Assembly: GCA_010015585.1 (NCBI GenBank)
Contig: ML975170.1
Origin: Eremomyces bilateralis CBS 781.70
Taxonomy: Eukaryota
Direction: 5' to 3' (one strand)
Length of the DNA: 64,000 nucleotides
The number at the start of each line of letters is the position of its first letter. Positions within the stretch are counted from its first letter, which is position 1. Shown piece by piece: positions 56,901 to 64,000 of the stretch. A model generated the notes under the pieces. It was given only the letters and a program-made list of their open reading frames with translations, was not told where the DNA came from and ran no database searches. The position numbers and the translations under genes were made by a program.

Positions 56901-57260
56901 GCGTTGACGACCAGCTCAACACTCAACGGCGACCGTATTGGGCACGTGGTCATCACGGATACGGCTGCAGTCATTTTGATAACGCAACCGCTTACCTTCT
57001 GTCCGGAGACTCAATACCGGCTTAGCCCGTTGCTTACTATCCTTTCGCTGTGCACAGGTTCATTTGAAGCGGGTAATAGGACGGTCTTTGCACTGCAACC
57101 GTTGAGTCTCTGGAGCAACTTTACCGGTATTTACATATCTGGGTCATCTGCTGTAGAAGTGAGTCAAGACTTGACGATTCGGGTTTGGTGCACGAGCGAG
57201 AATTCGAGTGGCAGATTGAGGTTAGATATCTATAATATTTCCCTACTTTCGGCGCAATAA
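53941..57260 (+). pseudogene. Disrupted gene for a secreted Ser/Thr/Gly-rich repeat protein with a C-terminal CBM-like beta domain
   Basis: Signal-like MKMLYIYSCKVIAILISLSFASA, a DKR/Q Kex2-like site, GG-rich and T-rich repeats, NIVVNGNF and QPLTFCPETQYRLS. Stops interrupt it at 54121, 55378, 56343 and 56820, plus frameshifts. Confidence 0.65.
56101..56388 (+). repeat. Three ~100-105-bp imperfect tandem repeats inside the pseudogene
   Basis: Units encode SG(T/I)xxPSxNx...YT(L/F)xNTD...R, starting at about 56101, 56201 and 56306. Confidence 0.8.
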
Positions 57261-58860
57261 TCCATAGCAAGGCTCCTCTTAGAGACCACAGACGGTCATT
57301 GTTTGCAATCGTAAAATCGTTCTCTCTAGTTGATCTCCATGTTGCGTTGCATATGCTGTGAAACCGGCCTGCGCACTTTATTTCAACTGACAAGTGAGGC
57401 CTTTATGCCATTCGTGCGCCGAGCCGTGACTCGAGAATGTTGTAACTCCTTCATTGATTCGGCGCTTGATTGTTAACAAATCGCGATGCCTTTACACTGT
57501 TTTTCTCCATTCGTGGCGGGAATTGGCATGATTCAACTTGGATATCAAAACGCAATCGAGTGGTGGTAGGGATGACCACATGTCATTCCTCAGCGGCTAG
57601 AACGCCGAATGAAATGCGAGAACAGCATACCTGCAGCACAACTAACCTCTGTACAAAGGAGAATAAAAGCTGCCAGCCGGAACCTCAGATTGTATATTGA
57701 TGAGCTCTCGGATCTCAGGAGAAAATGTATCCAAGGCAAGACTGAGCTTCATCGGCGACTCGATGTTCGCAAGGAACAAAGTGAGACGATATTCGCCAAT
57801 TCAATAATTTGCACGACTAACCAGCCAGTTAATGACAGATGCTTCCGACGCGAAACGCGAGCTCCTGGTCTCCACGATATCGTGTTCCTACTCACCAAAA
57901 AGGAATCAGAGGTGTCCAGATATGCCCCGTTCTCTGCTCCTCGGATCACATTCACTGTGGCCAGGCCGATAGCTCTCCCTTGCCCTCGCGCTGTGGGAAG
58001 GCAAGAATGGTGTGGTTCGAAAATACAAAGCTCGAACTGTTCCAGTACCATAACTCTGTTTAAGAGAGACTGGATGCACAAGATGGAACACGCGGCATAC
58101 CAGACAGGAACCCCTAGACTCCGAGCAATTCTCCGTGTCAGATGACAGGCTGTTGCGCCACAGCATTTTGTAATTGGCACGTGCTGAGATGGAGCCACAT
58201 CTCATCACCCGGACGTGACCCTGATTGGACTGGAACTTGAAATGAGGGGACATCCTCATTATGTAAGCATTATGTCACGTGGCTCAGTTCTCCTCACTCT
58301 CACAGCTTTAACGTTCATCTTCCATTCCTCCTGTTTCTTCACACTGTGCCCTTATTAACAAGCGGCATCCCGACCATACTCCACTCCCCGACAGGCCATA
58401 TTGGCCTCCGTCTTGTGTATCATACAATCACTGTAGATGGCGGCGAGATCGCCTCTCAGTGTCCGCATTCGAAGCGCCCGGATCGAGCCCTCACACGCTT
58501 CTGTGACTGAGATGGATTGGTCGGTTCACTTGCCGGCGTCAGATCCAGCGCCTACAAACAGATTGCGCGACCGTCGCCAATGAAGAGCACAGTTGTTTAA
58601 CGATTTGAATTCAAACAAGCTACAGAAGAGAAGGATTGGTTATCATGGCCGTCACTCATCAATTCCCGCCGAAATTCGAACAATTTTCCCTTGTCCATGA
58701 CCCTCCATTCGCCAACTCCCGTTTCAGTCCACTTCCCACTCGTCAAAATAATTGCCAAGGAAATAATCAAATCCTGGAGAAGGCCCGTTTGGCGTGAAAC
58801 CCGAAATTAAGGCATCGAGCCTGATCATATCCCGTCATTTGTGTCCCTCCTCCAACCGCT

Positions 58861-59208
58861 CTACGCATACGCCACGGGAGCCATGCCTCCGCCACGCCGT
58901 TCACGCTCAGCGAGCAGCGTCTGAATCTCGCGATCCAATTGGTAGATCAACTCCATCGACTTCTCGATTGACGCCTGGCGACTTCCCTCGCGTTGCCACC
59001 GTTCGATTCGCTCGCACTCGGTCTGGCGGCGGCGGTATTTGGTGTTGAGTTTCTCGCACACCTTGCACAAATGGTTCTCCTGGGCGGATTGATAGACCAG
59101 TTTCATCCCGCAGACTTCTCCGATGCGATATTCACGGTTGCAGTGCTGGCGAAAGTGGCCCCACTTGAAGTCGCCGCACCCATAAACGATTTGTTCGTAG
59201 AAGCACAT
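58861..59208 (-). CDS. Small Cys-rich hypothetical protein (putative zinc-binding region plus coiled coil), 115 aa
   Basis: MCFY...CGD...HC...CG...CKVC, then a charged heptad tail. Good ATG context (AACCATG), GC3-rich codons, 5'-UTR introns and an upstream TATAAA. Confidence 0.8.
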   Translation of the reverse strand: MCFYEQIVYGCGDFKWGHFRQHCNREYRIGEVCGMKLVYQSAQENHLCKVCEKLNTKYRRRQTECERIERWQREGSRQASIEKSMELIYQLDREIQTLLAERERRGGGMAPVAYA

Positions 59209-62200
59209 GGTTTCTTGGCAACGCTATTTCGGGTACCTGCGTCAACCCCCAGAACATCACTCGTGTCACGCACTGGGCTGACATACCTTGATATTTCAGA
59301 TCTTGCTTGGAGACGTTGTTGATTGGCCAATGCTCTGCAAAGCTGTCAGCGTTTCGTCATTCCATTCACCAGTTGTCTCCGTTTCGAACCTTTTCAGAAC
59401 GATTGGGCACGGCAAGGGTTGTGTGTGACGAGTATGTTACAAGAGCGAATTTTGATCCTTAGGTCTTGAAGGCCAAGGTGAATAGATTGGTGAGAAGAAT
59501 CGGAAGGAGCTGGACTTTGACGGAATTGAGGACTTGTTGTTTCGAATGAGTTTGGTCCTGTTCACGACGAACCGCCTCAATTTATAGACGGCCAGAGGAG
59601 TCTCCATCACCGCTTCGACAACCCACTTAGAAAGTGCCGAAGACTGTTTACTCCAATCGTCATCCTCGGACGACGTGGTGATTGAACCCCGCTTCATTCT
59701 ATCCAACGATATTGCGACGATCACACGGACCATCGTCACAGGCCGTCCTGAGACCCATGGATGCCAGCTCATCACGAAGTGATGATACCTTGGGCGCTGC
59801 CGAGCTGCAGAATCACTCGGTCTATGCCAGCGGACATCAGCCATTGTGGATCGTCCGCCGGTTATTCTAGCCGTTTGAGGAGTAAAATGCCTCAATTCCT
59901 TGTCTTATCATCGACACCAAGTGGTTCAGAGCTCTCCTGAAGGTGCGAGTTTTGTTGACAATTCTATTCTATCCCTGAACCTCTCCCGTCCGTGGAGTTT
60001 CAAAGTCACGTGCTCCATCCCGCATCTCTAGACCTCCTTCTGCAATGTCCGTGCTTTTTGCATGATTGGGCTTTGTTGACAGCTCGGGTTTGTTGTGTTT
60101 CCTCAGTCAGTCCATCGTGTTCAGTTTTAGTTCTCTGTTCCAAGTCCGACGGTCGCTTTTTGGAGGCTCTGCTCCAGCCAATTGGCAAATACCAGGTCTA
60201 ACGTGAGACGCTTCCTAGCTTGTCTGTGGTTCTCATGCTTCTACACATCAGTCTCTCTGCTCTTCCCTTCTCACTAATGGATATTCCACTGGCTCGCTCA
60301 TGGGGTGTCCACCGACAAGGGGCGTTACAAGGCCCTATGACAATAGGGCAGGATATCCCTCCAGTCTTTGCAGTTCAGCGCCATGCTACATACGGGCCAC
60401 TTCGCATATTCTTTACCACAATCAACCTGCATTATGCAGCCGGTGCCATTCTGTCACTTTATCTCGCGTGGATATCCGACCCTTCCTTACACCATAGCTG
60501 GGCAACCATCACGATTCTGACTAGGGCGTGATGATCGACTAATGCATGGGGAGGGCCGCTGGTATCTTCACACTCAGCTGATTGAAGTCTCCGTTCATCC
60601 GGTGTCTATCCCCCGCAAGCCATTTGACGTGGGTCTGTCTAAGTCCTTGCAAGCGGGGCGAAGAAATGCCCTAGAAACACTGGTGACATACTTCACATGG
60701 CATTGAGCACATGGTGGCGCATTTGGGCAATCACTGCCGTTGCAATCTACGCTAGAGTCCACCGGATCATACCCATCGGTCATCCGGTGACGTGGCAAAC
60801 GCGGTTTGGTCAATCTATGGAGAGCTCTAGATGCCGTTTTACTAGGGCTTCTGATGCCGAGTTTGACAACGTTGACCGCATATCAATCCAACGCCATCTT
60901 TTCACCTTAGGCAGCTTCCGGGGGGCAATTTTGCCCCAGCTCATATGCGGCATCCTCGAATGCTTGAAGAGAAAGTTAAAGCCGATTAAACATTCGACAG
61001 CTATTCGACCGGAGCATTTATAGCCGAGGGAGTTTCCTAGGAAAATCACCGACTTTGGCCACTTGATTGACGTTATTGATGCCCCCATCTGTACGGCAAT
61101 CTGCGCGAGGTGACGCGCACCCTGGTCCGTTGCCTTCGCCAGATTTAAGGCAACGGAGTAGTTCAATGCATTGAATCACATTGCAAGGATGGAATGTCTG
61201 TTTAACTGGCCAATTCGACTGACAATAGACCCAAGCGTTGCAAATGAGGGGGTTGGGATAGCACAGTGGAATGTGGCAGACACCTTTCGTTCGCATTTCT
61301 ATCCTCGCCTCACCCGAGCAGAGCCAAGCGTAAACAACACCATATGCAATCAAAATGACCAATAAACATCCATTGAAGTCAACTGGTGCCCGTAATTTCG
61401 ATTTCGACGCGACAACATCTCATAACACGGCCCTCGCGTCCGTTCAGGGACCATCCGCCTCCCACCAGAAGATGGGACGACGTTGATTTTGTCTTCCTGC
61501 AACCTTGCTTTGAGTAGGTGCGCTTAAAATCATGTGAATGCTCTGAGATGCTGGCAGTGCATGGCCCGGCGGTCGCGTGAATTGCCCGTACTGTGCGCAA
61601 CCTTCCTTCAGTCGCCGACTGCCGAGGCGAGCTCTGGTTGGGATCTGGTTTAGCAAATAGAAGCGCGAGCTGGGACGTGAAACACTTCTGGGCCGTCCCC
61701 GGTGGGTATCGAGGGTGGACTGGTCAAGAGGACGGCCAGGGTCGGTGTTAGTCAGTGCTTTTCTCTGCGTCTGCCGTACTGGCGGTCCAGTGAGACGATG
61801 CACCGGGCTGCTTGACATGCAGGTTACACTAGACCAATAGGACACCACACAGCCTCCTGTACGCAGCGAGGCGAGAGGCAGAGGCGCCAAGCGGTCGAGG
61901 AGGGCGGGCTCGATTGCTTTGTAAAGGTCACCTATCGCTCGTGGTTGCAGTTCTGCAAGGCGTAAAATCTGCCGGCGGATGCCGTTCTTCAAGGCTGCGA
62001 ACCTGTAAGACTCGCTCTACGTTACACGACTGACAGTATGTTTGTCAACCGCTCGCTCCACATCCCACGAATATGGGAAGGCCGTCTGCCGTGGAACTTA
62101 CGATGGGAGAGTCCGATGCCCTGGCTCTTGAGCTTCGTATCGGTGTAGGCGAGCGTTAGCCATTGGAGAAGAACAAAGGTATTAAGCTGTGGAGTCACAC

Positions 62201-64000
62201 TTCCAGCTGCTCCGTTAGGCAGCCGAGAAGTTCTCGATTAGCAATTTATGGGTAGCTACGCTCGGAGAAATCGATATGACGCTTTTCCTGAGTCCTCGTG
62301 CCAGTGGACTAAAGCTAGATGGCCAAATACATGTCAAAATGACAGCATAAAGTGAATATCGCACATCATAGATATGATATTATTAAAAAGCTGGTGATAT
62401 GTTTCATATCTCGAAAATTGATTTGGCAGTGCAGTCCCGCAGCGGACGGGATTTCATTAGGCTCCCCATGATAAACCCGGGCTTCCACCGTATCCACCTA
62501 CCCGGGATGACATCGCTGGGAATGCCACTGGTCCCGTACCCATGGGCACCTTGACGATACTTTACCGTGGCTTAGTGGAAGAAGGAGGATTTGGGAAGCA
62601 GGAAGAACATGTAGATGCCTCTCAGTCTGTGGTCTTATTGTCTCCTTCCTATGCTGATGGACGCCTCTCCGTCGACAACCTATCCCTGGAGTAGGTGTGA
62701 ACACTGGCATTCACAGAGTAGAGAATCTCAAAGTGCCGTATAGAATCAAGGGCTTTGCCGCGTCAGATAAATCCACCGGACGGCTCTTGGATGCCGTTCC
62801 GGGCTGGATGATTGCCCCGTATAATGAAATCAACATTAGTGTCCCTGTCATAGCATGGGTGATGCATTCATCTGCATACCAACTACATCACACCTTCCGA
62901 TCTCGCGTGTCTGTGATTCCGGAATGTTGACAAACCTGTTTGCTGTGTCCACTAGAACGCCGTTGCTTCCGGTAATTGGTAATAAGGGGGAAAGCAATTG
63001 GAAGAAGTGGATTGATTGTTCTGGAAAAAGTTGCTATGCTTGGAAGGCGGGCGGGTAATGCAGGCTGCTGGTGAAAGGCAGCTAGATAACACAGGAAACC
63101 CTTGGTCGATAGGTTCCCGGGCCAGCTTTGGCACTGAACTGACTGGATTGTTATAGCCTTATAGCTCATGCACCCCCTTGCCCCTCCTTTGATATTCCCG
63201 CTGGTCCTTATCGATAAGGACCCGGATATATCATGGCACGAGACTTCGAGTCAGAAAGGAGCAGTAACAGATATAGTGGAACTACTGCTCGGATTTAGAA
63301 TAGCGATCAGATGCGTTCGGAATTCCCAGTGGGTATCCGCCAGTAGCCCACCAGGCCACCACAAGGATGTTCTCAACGTTTTGAAGCTTGCTGGGACTGA
63401 TAAAGAAAGGGCATCCATGCACCAGGGGCGAGAATTGATGGATGATACATGGCTGTACCTCTGAATGCAATGGTGTGCAATATTATTGACGTACAGTGAG
63501 AGATTTCAGCGAAAGGAGGAGAAGGGAGGTGGCCACACGTGACCTTGAGGATGGAAATATGGATGACTAAGCTACTGACCAGTTTGCCAGTTGTGGACTC
63601 GTGGTTGAGGCTTGAGCAAAACGCGGGGCTAGATGGTGATGAACAACTCTTCTGCAATCTGGTCAACAACATATTCCCATGGTCTCTTCTTATCCCTTAT
63701 TAATATCTCTGTTTAATGTTGACAATGATATCTGGGCGGATTGAGTATCTCCTTGTCCACCAGTCTCTTGTTATTGTTCCCTACAACTGTCCAACTATTC
63801 CCGCGCGGACATCTTTACGGTAGACAGCCATGGAGGATTCTAGATGGGCGACACCGAAGGCCCCGAAGGAGGATGAAAAGACACCAGCTGCTATGGAGCC
63901 TGTTCCGGCAATTGTATGTGTCTTCCCAAAGCGTGGAAGACGTGGATATAGTGGTCATTGGTAACTGACCTGCATCAGGCCGCGGATTCATCAGTAACGC

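Noticed and set aside
60220..61023. Hydrophobic short ORFs that might be a decayed membrane acyltransferase-like gene
   Set aside because: No motif could be matched convincingly by eye; a BLASTX search would be needed.

Overview
Eukaryotic nuclear DNA from a filamentous ascomycete (Pezizomycotina; a Dothideomycete-like fungus is my inference). Evidence: short GT-AG introns with CTRAC/CTAAT branch points and fungal housekeeping genes. Bases 1-52,600 are gene-dense: DTD1 (3' part), CPR6, a Bim1/X325-like GPI protein, a roadblock-domain protein, GLO1, a type I phosphoglycerate dehydrogenase, the PKA regulatory subunit head-to-head with SNF1, ARO1, an EAF-domain protein, PEX11, ALT1, ABD1, RPN7, a pfkB kinase, a Kch1/Prm6-like membrane protein, a MYND protein, KAR2/BiP, an old yellow enzyme, a P450 and an Ego1/LAMTOR1-like gene. 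A decayed Fot1/pogo transposase lies at about 41.9-42.6 kb. The last ~11 kb is gene-poor, with a broken secreted Ser/Thr-rich gene and one small Cys-rich gene. The most interesting signals are hidden isoform information that the ORF track misses. GLO1 has an in-frame upstream mitochondrial-type presequence and a cryptic post-stop extension ending in SKL, so it may be targeted to three compartments. ALT1 has a separate presequence exon with a possible internal promoter. DTD1 has two in-frame splice donors right after its Gly-Pro motif. No tRNA, rRNA or CRISPR was recognised. All gene models were spliced by eye and no database search was run.
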